Positions 1-42,670 of a stretch of 64,000 bases of DNA are shown one piece after another; positions within the stretch are counted from its first letter, which is position 1, and each line of letters opens with the position of its first letter. The position numbers were made by a program, and so were the translations under genes. Source of the stretch: Blastocystis sp. Blastoise. Its lineage: Eukaryota; Protista; Bigyra: Opalinata. The stretch lies in NCBI GenBank assembly GCA_039096225.1, contig JBBPEB010000027.1:868001-932000 (forward strand), written 5' to 3'. The notes beneath the pieces are model-generated. The model did no database searches, was not told the DNA's origin, and saw only the letters and a program-made list of their open reading frames with translations.

Positions 1-147
1 ATTTTTTTACTTGAAAAGTATCTTTTTATACGGATATTTTTAATTAGTCTATAGGTCGTTTATATATTTAATTATTTTTCTTTTGAAAATTGAATTAATC
101 GAATAGGAGATACATTTTCTTAAAAAGCAAAATAGATCAAATCTGTA

Positions 148-9721
<9,574 letters not shown>

Positions 9722-10415
9722 TAGATATTTATGTTTTATATACATATTTTGCTTTGTGAAAATAGAATCATTGTTCCACTTTTTAAATCATTTTTTATCC
9801 TTTATATAAATAAGACAATCGTGCTTTCTCTTTTTGTTTTTAATAACTATGTTTTTTATATATATTATATCTTTTATTTTTACTTTTTATTCAAATTTCT
9901 ATTAGTTATATATATATGTTTATAAGTATTTAAATTTGTATTTATTTGTTTTCAATTTCTTTTTTAAGTAATCATTTTTTATACATTTTTATTTTGTTTG
10001 TATAACCTGGTTTTATTTTTATTATATACATAAATTTATATATTATTATATATATTATACTGTGTGAATTTCGTATCCATAAAGTCATATTATTATTTTC
10101 ATTTTGTTTTTTATATATTATATATTTGTGTATTTTATTAATTTAATTTTATTTATATATATATATATATTTAATATACATCTAGTTTATAAAATATTTT
10201 TCCTTTTCAATTTTTTTTAAAATTTTTTTTAGAGAAATTATATGCTTTTTAATATTAACTCCAATGTCAATTGTTTATGTATGTCATAATTATTGTTGAC
10301 TTTTCACTTTATTTATTATTATAACAAAAAAAAGCAAAGAAAACAAATAAAAAAGAACGATTATTTTATTTTTATATATAGAAAAAACAGAACAATATAT
10401 ATATATAATTTTAAA

Positions 10416-13729
<3,314 letters not shown>

Positions 13730-14398
13730 CTTCAAATTTTCTTTAATTAGAAAGACTTATGTTATATCGAGAGATTTTTTTCGCAAAAAAAGAAATGATG
13801 GAAAAAAATATATTTTTCAGAACAATTCAGTTTTTCTTTTGAAGGAAAACCGAATTCTTATTAAAATGGTTTGTATACAAAATATAATGTATCTTAATGA
13901 TAAAGATGATTTATACATCTAGACAAACTAAGTAGTTATGATTTCCTTCGAAAAGAAAGGGGAGTTGGATATCAATTCATTTTTATTGTTTCAATTATGT
14001 CATGAAAGTTATTGAAAATGTTATGAGGTACATGACATAACCTTAATGGAATTAAAAAAAGCAAAATAAACAAATAAGAAAACAATAAATACATGGAATA
14101 TTTTTCCCCCAAAGAATATAAAACTATAAACAAGAAAAAAAATGAAACCCCAATAATCTAAGAAGAATAAATAATATATATAGATTCAAAAATAGAAGTT
14201 TATATATATAACATGTATATATAAGTTTGAAAAGAGAGATAGAATTAAAAAAAAAACGCTTCTATATCATTATATAAAAAAAGTAAAAATGAAAAAGTTA
14301 AAAAACTGATGACTTTATAAATAGAGAACTAAAAGAATAAAGAAAAATGTAAATAATATATATATATATATATTAATTAATGATTAATCGTAAAACGA

Positions 14399-15660
14399 TT
14401 ATTTAAAAAAACGTTTAAGTTGTTGTCTATAGAATTCAAATGCAGCAAAAAATAATGCACCATTAATTCCTACTTGAATAACACGTGCTATAGCACCTGA
14501 CCATAATGCACGTATTCCTTCTTCTTTATAAATTAATTCCATTGTTCTAGGAACAGAAGTATAAACACTATATTTTTTACCAGCAGATAACATCATTCTT
14601 GTTTTAACAACATCAAAAGGTGTTGTTAACCAAGCAGTAATAGAAGAAGAACAAAACCCTAAACTCAATATTTCTCTTGTTTTTAATTGACTTAAATCTG
14701 TATATCCCTATATAATATATAATATATGTTATATATTATTATGTATATATATCCTTGTTTTTGCATATATTTACCACGAATAACTTCATATAATGTCATC
14801 TACAGAGAATTTATAATAATAATAATAATAATAATGAACGTATAATAATATATACTTCACAAACATCATAAGGAATATTTTTAAATAATAATGACGTATA
14901 ACCATTATAAAATGATTTTATTCCTCCTTGCTATATAATAATAAACATAATAATAATTATAATAATAACATAATAATAAACATAATAAACATAATAATAA
15001 ACAAATAATAATAAACATAATAAACATAATAAACATAATAATAAATACCTTTGCTAAACTATGAATACAATCTGTAGTACGTTCAAATAAACCTGCTTGC
15101 ATTTGTTGTTTTACTGTTTCTATTGGGGCACGAATACATGAGGCAATCATCTGAGCTATAGATAATATAAAAATGATAAATATAAATAATAAATTAAAAA
15201 AGAAATAAATGAATAAAGAATACTTATAAAAAATTACCATTAACAACAGAACAAGCATAGACTATAGGCATCCAAATATGATACTTTTGTGCATAAGGTG
15301 TAAGCATCCTTTTAGATCCTTCGTATATAGTCCAATGTGTAGAGAAAGTGAGTGCTGATCCAACCATTGCTAATGGAAATCCTCGGAATAAATGTGATGT
15401 TAAAGAAATAGATGCAGTACCAGCCCTTGCTTGCATACGACTATACAGTATCAAAATAGAACACTTCAAAATATAAATTTCGAATCATAGCATGAGTAAC
15501 TTTGAGTTTTTAAATAGATATATACGTCTTAATTGTATCTACAGGGAATACTGGAGCATCTGAAGTTGGTCCTGATCCAAAACCAGCGAGAAAGTTAACT
15601 AATTTATCAAAATGCTAAGAATTAATGCAATATACTAACGTCTTCTTTTTCAATACGCAT
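14399..15660 (-). CDS. Mitochondrial carrier (SLC25), SAM-carrier/SLC25A26-like
   Basis: Three carrier signature motifs: FPVDTIKTRMQ, APIETVKQQMQ, TPFDVVKTRMM. The start assumes a 25-nt first intron (15615-15639). Confidence 0.8.
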
Positions 15661-16548
15661 ATGAATGTATAATATTTAGTTTCTAAATATATAAAAGTTC
15701 GAAAGTCTTAACGAAAAACAAAAACAAATGGAATATAACTGAAAAAATTCTAGAAGAGAGTCGTTTTTCTTTTTTTTTTCGTTTTTAGAGTATTTGGATC
15801 CATTTTTATGCGTTTATCTTTTCGTAAGTTAATCAAGTACACTTTATATATGGTGCGAAGAAATCCATAGTATTTAAAAGAACAAAAACAAGCATTTGGA
15901 CATTGGCTACAAATGAATGACCATATAACACAATTTAAATATCTTGTATGAATCTGACATAATTGTCAAGTATATTTGAGATCGATTCATTGATGAATAT
16001 AACATATGTTATTCTATACCATTTTGATGTCTATACTTGTTCCATATATACTGACCCAACAAAAATGACTATTTATTAAAGAATCTTAGAGAAAAGAACA
16101 GTAATAAAACAGATTTTGTCTTTGGAATCTTCAAAGAAAAACAAGAGAAACAATGATGTGTTTCTTGCGAAGAGTCCAGTTTCTATGTTTGTGATATATA
16201 CACAGACAGTATTATGAGACACGGACGTTCTCTTTTTGTTTTAAAGTGTATATAAATAGCATTGTTACAAAAAAGTAAATTTTCTAAAACTCACATTTCA
16301 CTTTAGAAAACACCAAACTTTTACAAAGTACTTTTAAGATATAAAAGATATACTGAATATTATAGTTGATGATTAGAGTAGATAGTTAAAATCTTTGTAA
16401 TGTGTATTCATCAAAAAGATGTGTAAATGCTTCATAAACAAAAGGTGTCATAATTGTTTAGGAAATCGTCTTTACTAAAAGAGGGAAATGATTCTCTTTT
16501 TTAAAAAGAAGAAGAACCACGGTTATATAGAGATAACTAAGGAATATG

Positions 16549-16711
16549 ATTGGCTTATATTTGAGTATAGCTTACGTATTGGTTAGAAGGAAATGACAAA
16601 ACCACAAATATCTCTTCATATTCTTGGTTTTTTTATTTTTGACGAAGACATCGAAATGATTGGTTGATGGAACACACAAACAGTTCCTCCGATTTGTTGA
16701 GTGATGATTGG
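16549..16711. promoter_or_regulatory. Cluster of four co-oriented CCAAT boxes (ATTGG on +) in a divergent intergenic region
   Basis: ATTGG at 16549, 16578, 16659 and 16707, three as TGATTGG, about 290-450 bp upstream of ATG 17003. Confidence 0.45.
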
Positions 16712-17002
16712 AGGAGACACAGAAATGTTTTCCACTTCTGGAGGATGATAAGCACTGCATCATTTTTGGCTTCGTGTAAGAACCATAGGAATACATGAAA
16801 AATGACTCTCTTTTTTTTAACATATTTTTGATATTCTGACCAGAGTCTGTTTCTATCTGAATATTCGAAGTCTTAGAATAAAACCACCATATATTTTTAT
16901 CTGTATTTATTATTTAATAAATTTATTTATTTTAAGTTGATAATTAGTAAACTAGTTGTCTTTACTGCTTAGTTAAATACTCTCGCATATAATAATTGTC
17001 TT

Positions 17003-17772
17003 ATGGATCAGAAATTTGATGTTAAACATCGTTATCGTAGTCAGTCTCTTTTGGTTGGAGGTGAAGGAGAACTGCCAAGTAAGTCAAACGTCGATGATGA
17101 CTTTAGAATGAAATACCTACAAAAATTAGAATTCAATCATCTCCATGAACAACAACACTTAGATTCCCCAATAAATGCTTCAAAGAGAGGTCGTTGCCAA
17201 TCACTTTATGTTACACCTAATGTTTATGCAAATAGTCAACCAATTAAAATACCAGAGGCGTATATATATATGTTTTTTTTTAACAATTACTATTTTTTTT
17301 TGTTTTTTAATTATATATTATGAATATATAAATTATTTTTTATAGTGATTCTAGTCCTGTTACTAAAAGTCATCGTTCAAAAGGTCATTTTAATTGTATG
17401 TCTAATATATATATATTGAGTTTTAATAATGTTTTTATTTTTTTTTAATTATGTTTATGTTATATTTATGATTATATATTAATATAGTTTCAGATGTAGA
17501 TTTGGCTTGTTCTTATTCTGTTTGTGGTCGAGTTGATACAAATAGTATGTCTGATGGTACTACGGATACAGAAGAAGGAAACGATGATGTATATAGTTAT
17601 AGTTATATTATGTATTATAATTATAGTATATATTTAATATAATTATTTTATTCATATTAATATTAATAATAATAATAATAATAATACTCTATATATATAG
17701 TTTATTCCTCCTCATTTACAAGTAGATTCAGATGATGATGATGAAATTGATTGTAGTTTTAATTATTATTAA
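17003..17772 (+). CDS. Small 4-exon disordered protein with SQPIKIP and FIPPH motifs
   Basis: Introns 17260-17345, 17396-17487 and 17589-17700 keep frame to ...FIPPHLQVDSDDDDEIDCSFNYY then TAA. Confidence 0.7.
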
Positions 17773-19104
17773 TGTTGATACATAACATTATTCTATATAT
17801 ATTTATATATATATTTATAGAATTATTCTATATTTATATTTACAACAATTCTATTTCTATTTATCATTTTTTTTTTAAAGAGTTTTTATATTTATTTTGT
17901 ATATTTTTTTCTATTTATTTTTTTTTTGGTATCATTTTATTGTTACATATAAATATATATATATTATTTTCTTTATAATTCTTTTGAATTATTACTTTTT
18001 CTTCTTTTTCTTGGGGGGTTATTTTATATATATATATACACTTAACTGTATATATATATATAAATGTATTTTATTTTTATTTCTAATATATTTGTTTTTA
18101 GTATTATGTGTATAAATTTTGTGTTCAATCATTATATTTGTTCTTTATACTAAGTAATTATTTTTTTTTGTTTTTCTATTCATATATATTTATATATTTT
18201 TTTTATTCTTTTATTCTCTATATATATAAATATAATACATATTGATGAGTATAATAAATTATTATTATTATAATTATGTAGATCTATATAATTATAATAA
18301 TATTCTGCTTTGCATTTAATAAATGTGTTCTCTTTTATAGAGTTCTTGTAATACTATTTCATTCCATGTATTTCTATTGGTCTATTTTATTTTTATTCAT
18401 TAAATAATTTGTTTTACTATCTTTATATATATATATATGTTATTATTGTTTGCTTTATATTATCATTGAGTTTCATTTAAAACTTTTTTATATATATTAT
18501 ATATATTTATTACATATATATATATATAGAACTAAATTTAAATATTAATAAACTCTTTTAGACTCTTTTCCTTATTTGCAAGATTTTTTTTTTATTTTCT
18601 TTTTCTTTTTTTATTGTATACATAATATATATAATATCTATTGTATACTTGACTTTTTTTTTATTAATACAAATTTTATGTAGACTTATGTTTTATTTTG
18701 TACTACTATTTGTACTCCTTTTTTTCTTCTTTGTTAACGATTCATTTTTTGGCTTTAGTTTTATAGTATTTATTTGGTTTTATTAAATTTATTCAATCCT
18801 CTTTTTGTTTTGACTATTGCTTATTTTATATAAATTCAAAAAGAATATTATTGTACCTAGTCTATATATTACTTGTATAAATACCAAAAATAAAAAATAT
18901 TTATCAAAACAGTGAATATAGAAACACATAAAACAATTTATAAACAATGTAGTAGTAGAATACATAAATAAAATCATACAAAAAAACATTGCGCCAAAAA
19001 AATAACAAGAACACAAAACAAAATAAAAAGAATATATTTCAAGTATATAAAAAATAATTTAAAATTATAATCATTTGAATATATATATATATAAATATGT
19101 TCTT

Positions 19105-22100
19105 TTAGTTTTCAGGATCAATAGAAGATAAAAATGCATTTAAAATAGTTATGACTATAGTAAGAATCAAACACATCGCAGTACATAATTTAGAGACTAT
19201 ATAAGTTATAGATATAATAATTATATGATGATAATTTTAAAAATAAAAAAATATATATATTTTTATAGAATAATAATGAACTATAATAAGAAAATAAAAT
19301 TTATATATATATACAGAAACTAGGACCGTAATGAATCTCATGAATAACTGTTTGAGTCGTATCAATATTATTTTTATTATTATTAATATTTCTTTGTTTC
19401 AATTTATTGTTTTTTTCTTCTTCTTTTTGTTGTTTTGCTAATTCTAATCTAAACTTCTCAGCAGCTTCTGTCACATATAATTGTTCCTGAAGAGAGTTTT
19501 CAGCAAGACATTGAGCCTCTTGAACTCTCTTTTCTTCTTCTTCGTTTTTAGTCTTCTCAGAAATTATTCTTTCTTCTTCTTCCTTTTTAGTTTTCTCAGA
19601 CTCAATTTTCTTCTTTTCTTCTTCTTCTTCTATTCTCTTTCTTTCCTCTTCTTCTTCTATTCTCTTTCTTTCTTCTTCTTCTTTCTTAGCCTTTTCTTCT
19701 TTCTTAGCCTTCTCAGCTGCTATTTTTTCTTCTTCCTCTTTCTTAGCTTTCTCAGCAGCTATTCTCTCTTCTTCTTCAATTCTCTTTCTCTCTTCTTCTT
19801 CAATTCTCTTTCTTTCTTCCTCTTCTATTCTCTTTCTTTCCTCTTCTTCTTTTCTCTTTCTTTCCTCTTCTTCTTTTCTTCTTCTTTCTTCTTCTTGGCG
19901 TTCTTTTACAATTCGCATTGCTTCTTTAGCTTTTTCTTCTCTTTCAAGTCGTTTTTGTTCTTCTTCTTTTTCTTTTCTAACCTTTTCTTCAGCAGCTAAT
20001 CTTTCTTCTTCTTCTTTCTTAGCCTTTTCTTCAGCCTTTCTCTTGGCATATAATTCTGCCAAATGACGACGCTTTTCTTCTTTAGCCTTCTCAGATGCTA
20101 TTCTTTCTTCTTCTATTCTCTTCTTTTCTTCTTCTTCTTTAGCCTTTTCAGCTGCTATTCTTTGTTTTTCCTCTTCTTCTTTCTTAGCCTTTTCAGCAGC
20201 TAATCTTTCTTCTTCTTGTTGTTTAGCTTTCTCTGCAGCTAATTTTTCTTCTTCTTCTTTTCTCTTCTTTTCTTCTTCTTCTTGTTTAGTTTTCTCAGCA
20301 GCTAATCGTTCTTCTTCTTCTATTCTCTTTCTTTCTTCTTCTTCTTTTCTAGCTTTTTCAGCAGCTAATCTTTCTTCTTCAAGTCTCTTTCTTTCTTCTT
20401 CTTCCATTCTAGCTTTTTCAGTAGCTAATCTTTCTTCTTCTTCTTTTCTCTTTCTATCTTCCTCTTCTTTCTTAGCTTTTTCTGCAGCAATTCTATCTTC
20501 TTCTTTTCTCTTTCTTTCTTCTTCTTCTTTCTTAGCTTTCTCAGCAGTTATTCTTTGTTTTTCCTCTTCTTCTATTCTCTTTCTTTCTTCTTCCTTTCTA
20601 GCCTTTTCAGCAGCTATTCTTTCTTCTTCTTCTTTCTTAGCCTTTTCTGCAGCTATTCTATCTTCTTCTATTCTTTTCTTTTCTTCTTCCTCTTTTCTAG
20701 CCTTTTCTGCAGCTAATCTCTCTTCTTCTTCTTTCTTAGCCTTTTCTGCAGCTATTCTCTCTTCTTCTTCTTTTCTCTTTCTATCTTCCTCTTCTTTTCT
20801 AGCCTTTTCAGCAGCTATTCTTTCTTCTTCTTCTTTTCTAGCTTTTTCAGCAGCTATTCTTGCTTCCTCTTCTATTCTCTTCTTTTCTTCTTCTTCTTTC
20901 TTAGCCTTTTCAGCAGCCTTTCTCTTGGCATATAATTCTGTTAAATAACGACGTTTCTCTTCTTTAGCTTTTTCTGCAGCTAATCTATCTTCTTCTTCTT
21001 TCTTAGCTTTCTCAGCAGCTAATCTCTCTTCTTCTTCTATTCTCTTTCTTTCTTCTTCTTCTTTCTTAACCTTTTCAGCAGCTAATCTATCTTCTTCTTC
21101 TTTCTTAGCTTTCTCAGCAGCTATTCTCTCTTCTTCTTCTATTCTCTTTCTTTCCTCTTCTTCTTTCTTAACCTTTTCAGCAGCTAATCTATCTTCTTCT
21201 TCTTTCTTAGCTTTCTCAGCAGCTATTCTTGCTTCCTCTTCTTTCTTAGCTTTCTCAGCAGCTTTTCTTTCTTCATATAATTTAGTTAATTGGCGTCTTC
21301 TTTCTTCTTTCTTTTGTTCAGGAGTTAATTCTATAGTATTATTAACATTTTCATCAACTTTTTTATTTTCTTCTTTTTTATTATCATCTTTATTAACTTG
21401 TTCTGAAATTGATATTATATCATTCTTTTCATTTTCATTTTCATTTTCATTAATAGTTTCATTTTTATTTTCATTTTCATTTTCATTAATAGTTTCATTT
21501 TCATTTTCATTAATAATTTCAGCAGCAATTCGAGCTTCTTCAGCATCTTTTCGTATTTGATCTATTTCTAAAGAGGACCAACGTTCACTCAAACTCGATA
21601 ATCTTTCTACTAATTCTGTTGTTACAGAAGAGATATCATTATCTATATATATATAAATATATATTAATTTTAAATTAAATATCATTAACTAATACAATAA
21701 ATAAATAATAGAATAGAATAAATAAGCAAATATATATTTTTATACTTAATAAATGTTCTGATTGTTCTTTAATAGAAGGAATAATATATTTTGAAGAATT
21801 AATAGATTTAATAAATGTTAACAGTAAATCAATAACTTTTTCATTTTTATTATTTGAAATATCTTTCATAGATATTCTATTTGATTTTTTGATTTTTAAT
21901 TCATTACAAACAATAATGTAATTATTTAATAGTTTATTATCGTTATTACCTATTTATTTTTATAAATAATGTTTAATATATATATATATATATACAATTC
22001 TCTTTTAATTTCCAAGATTTTATAAAATTAGGTTCAATCAAATTAAAAATGATATTATTTAACACCTAGATAATAATTTTCAATAAAAAAATATGGAATA

Positions 22101-22319
22101 TAATATAAAAATGAGATTATATCGAATATATAAATAGTATACAGAATCATTCTTGACTGATTGACATATATTACTTCCTAATTGATTCTTACAAATATGA
22201 TTATAAAAATTCGAAAGAATCTATAGATATAAAAAATCGCATTTTTAGTCACTTAGAGAAATTCATACATTTATAGACTCAGATGAACCTTGAGATGCAC
22301 TAGAATTATTATGAAACAT
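19105..22319 (-). CDS. Divergent calponin-homology domain + long E/K/R single-alpha-helix rod + C-terminal transmembrane anchor
   Basis: Spliced N-terminus SVKNDSVLNNIIFNLIEPNFI...LLNNYIIVCNELKI...DISNNKNEKVIDLLLTF is CH-like. It is followed by ~600 aa of EEERIAAEKAKK repeats (ORF 19301..21685). The last exon reads FSKLCTAMCLILTIVITILNAFLSSIDPEN then TAA. Confidence 0.7.
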
Positions 22320-23213
22320 TGTAATAAGGTAATTTGAAACCAGAATTTATACACAAATACCTAGTTGTATAGAAGAATGCAATTAAAATAAAACTTACTT
22401 TTTAAATAATCTTGTTAAATTGAATTATTTAATATGTTAGTAAAAGCTTTTTTTGAGAAACTTTTGGAAATAAAAAAAGAATTCTGTTTCTCATAATTTA
22501 TAGTCACGATTATTTTATTTTTGAACAACTCATACATCAATTTTACCGTGAAAGTATATTTTCTTGCTATTTCTTTAGAAAAGGGACATTTTTTGTTAAA
22601 GGAAAGTATCAATCTGAAGTTTTGCCGAATATTCAATTAATCATGATTATTTGTTTCATTAGCTTGCTTTTTTAAAATTTTATTACATATCTGTTTTCTT
22701 TCCTTTGATCATTGTTATGTTTCAATTACATCGAATAAAAAGACTATATAAGGATGTGCATTCTTAATTACAAAAGAATAAAGTCAATTAGAAGAAGAAA
22801 ATGAAATAATAAATAATTTTGTTTTCAATAATGCAAAAAAGAAATTCTAGCTATCAGTAAAAGGCTTTAGGATATCATCTGTAATATTTTCTAGATAAAA
22901 TAAAAAAATATGGAATAACAAAATGTTCATAATTAGTTTTTGACTTGTTTATTATAAATGAAAATGAATAGAAATCGTTGCCGTTTTACATAAGAATATC
23001 ATAAAAACGAATACACACATTATTCTTCTAATGGACTTTTAATTAATAAAAACTAGTTTTATATGTTGATTATAATCATCGATATAAACTCAACTCTATT
23101 TTTTATAGTAATAAATATCGTTAATTTAGACAATAAAACAATTTAAGAAAAAACCCGGTTTCTTTTTTTCTGAAAATTATTTTTGTTATTTTTAACAGAA
23201 TTATTGCATTAAA

Positions 23214-39221
<16,008 letters not shown>

Positions 39222-39776
39222 TTTAATTGAGTAAATATCTTATTTTTTATTCTTTTAAGAATTGAATATTATTTTTAGTTTAGTTTGATATTTTTTATAT
39301 TTTATCTAGTTAGAAACTTGATTATATTAAAAACATTTAAAAGTTTTTTTATATGAAGAAAAAAATATGAATAAATAAATAGAGAACATATTATAAATAT
39401 ATTTTTGACACATCTATTTGTTATAGGAAATAGTTTTATTATAGTTATTTATGTTTTTATATTCATTATGATAGATTATAATATAGTATATATATTATAT
39501 AGTTTACAATAATTATTATCAGTATTTGATATTTCAGGTAATCAAATTAAGATGATAAGAATTCATTTTTAAGAAAATATTGCTATTCTTTTATGAAAAC
39601 CTACGAAAAATAAAGATAAATAATATTTGATAATAACGAAACTCTTGATAATAAAAATTAAAAATTGAAAAAGAAATGAAAAGACGTGGTATATAATAAT
39701 AAGAAACTGAATATATTTGTTTAGAATTGAAATATATAAAAATGATAAAGAATATATATATTATATATATATAAAA

Positions 39777-40134
39777 TTATTTCTTAAAATTTAATAATTG
39801 ACCCATAAATGAAAAAGTATCCAATAAAAACGCAGCAAATATACACGTTATTGTACAGTAAAAAAATACTAAATTATTTTGACCTATATATATGTTTATT
39901 TATATGTTATGTATATATATATGTTATATATATATAACATATATATATATATATATATATACCAATACATTTACCCATCCATGGGCAGTGATGATCCAAC
40001 TATATATATATATATATATATATAATGATTATTATATATTATATATTATATATATATATATATACTTTATAAACACAAACATCACATGTCTGACAATGAA
40101 AAGCCCCTTCGGGTTTAACAATGTGACATATTCC

Positions 40135-40166
<32 letters not shown>

Positions 40167-40315
40167 TACTAGTAAATATTATATATATATATATATATAT
40201 ACTACAAACCGAATAGGGCTGATCTTTTCCAGTATATACAATTCCTCGTGGAGCTATTCCTATTAATAATAAGTATAAGTATAATAATAATAAAAATAAT
40301 AAAAATAATTATTAT

Positions 40316-40352
<37 letters not shown>

Positions 40353-41286
40353 TGTATACTCATATAATAATAAATAAAAGCAAATAATCATAGAATAAAT
40401 AGAATAATAAATATAATCATAGAATAATAGAATAAATAGAATAATAAATATAATCATAGAATAATAATAAATATAATAATAGTATATATATACCAGGATT
40501 CGAAAGACTTGTTAAGCATAAGAATATCAGTGTAATAATCATCATAATAATACATATAGCACATCCCCAATAAGTCTCAGCAGTATAACTATATATATAT
40601 ATATATATATAGAATAATAAATTAGAATAATAATATATAATAAATAAATCTAAATATATATATATATATAGAATAATAAATTAGAATAATAATATATAAT
40701 AAATAAATGTATATATATATACGAAACATATGCAAAAGCACCATTAAATAAGATAACGAATAGAAATGTACAAATATTAAAACTCCAATGGGGTCCAATA
40801 AGACAAATCATAGGAAAATATATACTTGTTTCTTTTCCCCATAATAAATAATTATTTCCTAATCGGCCACCTATATATATTATTATCATTTTTGAAGGAT
40901 AAAAGAACTTATGAGTCATCATCTAGAAGTAATAAATACCTGTTTTAGGATAAGGAAGACAAGAAAAAACACGATGAGGAGGAAAATTTCCTATTACAGG
41001 TTGCATTGTATTTCGAATAGGTCTAGAATATTGGTTGTTGAGATCAAATTGATTTTGTTGCTCAGAAATAGAAACCATTGGTTGTGGAGAATAGGGTTCA
41101 GCTGTAGTTTGTATGATCTCTGTTAATTTAGAATCATTTTTACTCGTTTGTGATTGTTCTATATTATTTTCTTGTTTGTTTTGTTCTTGTTCCGAAGAAT
41201 GAGACTCAATTGCTATGTATATAGAAATGGATTCATATATAAATACTAATATTTGTCTCATTCTCATTCGAATCTTGGTCTGACAT
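39777..41286 (-). CDS. DHHC protein S-acyltransferase, short form
   Basis: Spliced ...SNPGIAPR...CRICHIVKPEGAFHCQTCDVCVYKLDHHCPWMGKCIGQNNLVFFY...KK then TAA; all junctions GT-AG. Confidence 0.88.
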
Positions 41287-41560
41287 GGTGATAATATAAT
41301 TAAAAAAGGATAATAATGATAAAAAAGAAAAATGAATTGAAAACTTGATTATTTTTATATTTGTATACAGTTTACAATTAAAAATCGTAATTTTTATATT
41401 TTTAGCAATAAAACAGAAAATAGCAACGAAACAAAGATTTTTCCAAATGTGAACGATGCTAAAGGATCGAATTGAAGTGTTTAGAGAATAATGAAAAAGA
41501 AAAAAATGAGAAAATAATGATAACGATATAAATGAATGGTTTTACAATTGATTTTTTGTA

Positions 41561-42085
41561 TTACCTGCGAATCATAGGAGAAGCAATGACTTCTTCACCA
41601 CCTACACGTTTTAGGTGAAGATATGCGTCTGTACCATAACCTTCCATAGAAACAATTTGTAAATCTCCACCAAAATATTTTGCATATAAACGAGATAAAG
41701 GTAAGCCATATCCCAAACCATACATTGGAGAGTCGATACCAAAATCAGCACCATCACTAAGTAATTCATATTTATTTCCAGAATCAGAAGTATAAAAGTA
41801 ATTCCATATATTATTAATCTTAGCTCGTTTAATACCACCTCCTTGATCTGAAATCTTTATAACAACATCATTATTCTGTTCACCATCAGCAATAATAATA
41901 TGTATAGCTATAAAAGAATATTTTAAAGTTTTAATAAAATTTATATTTTTATGATTATGATAATATATATTTTGATAATAAATATATTAATTTTTTATGA
42001 TAATATATATAGATAATAAATATATTAACTTTTTATGATAATATATATAGATAATAAATATATATATATTTTGATAATAAATATA

Positions 42086-42130
<45 letters not shown>

Positions 42131-42370
42131 GTGGTAAATGTTTTTCTTCTTTATCTTTATGTGTTTCAATAGTAGCTCTCATACTATTCTTTAAGAGTTC
42201 GAAAAGCATGTGTCGTAAGTGACTAGGTATGTACGAAAATGTACGGTCAACACATCCATTTATATATACAGGAACAGTTATACCATATTGATTAGAACAA
42301 ACAAAATTTGCATGTTCACTATATATATATAGAATATTATTATTATGTTTATTATTATTGGTATTCTTTT

Positions 42371-42406
<36 letters not shown>

Positions 42407-42624
42407 TTTAATATTATAATAATAATATGTATAATATCATGAAATAGAATATATAAATAATATTATTATTATAAAATAGTATGCTATATTATTCTCTTAT
42501 ATATATATATATATATATACATAGCTAATTTGGATACATCTTGCGGTGAGGTCATCTGACATATAATGCCCATATACCCTCTCTCTGGACTATGTAACTG
42601 CTTATGTAAAGCTTGCTCATGCTC

Positions 42625-42670
<46 letters not shown>

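Noticed and set aside
16572-16823. 83-aa minus-strand ORF (and 44044-44235)
   Set aside because: No recognisable motifs or splice context; both lie in promoter-like intergenic DNA
16701-16860. Possible box C/D snoRNA (GTGATGA ... CTGA)
   Set aside because: No terminal stem or recognisable rRNA guide; the C-like box overlaps a CCAAT site
19540-21300. Repeat array resembling CRISPR or a mobile element
   Set aside because: Degenerate coding repeats of an E/K/R helix; no constant repeat with unique spacers and no transposase
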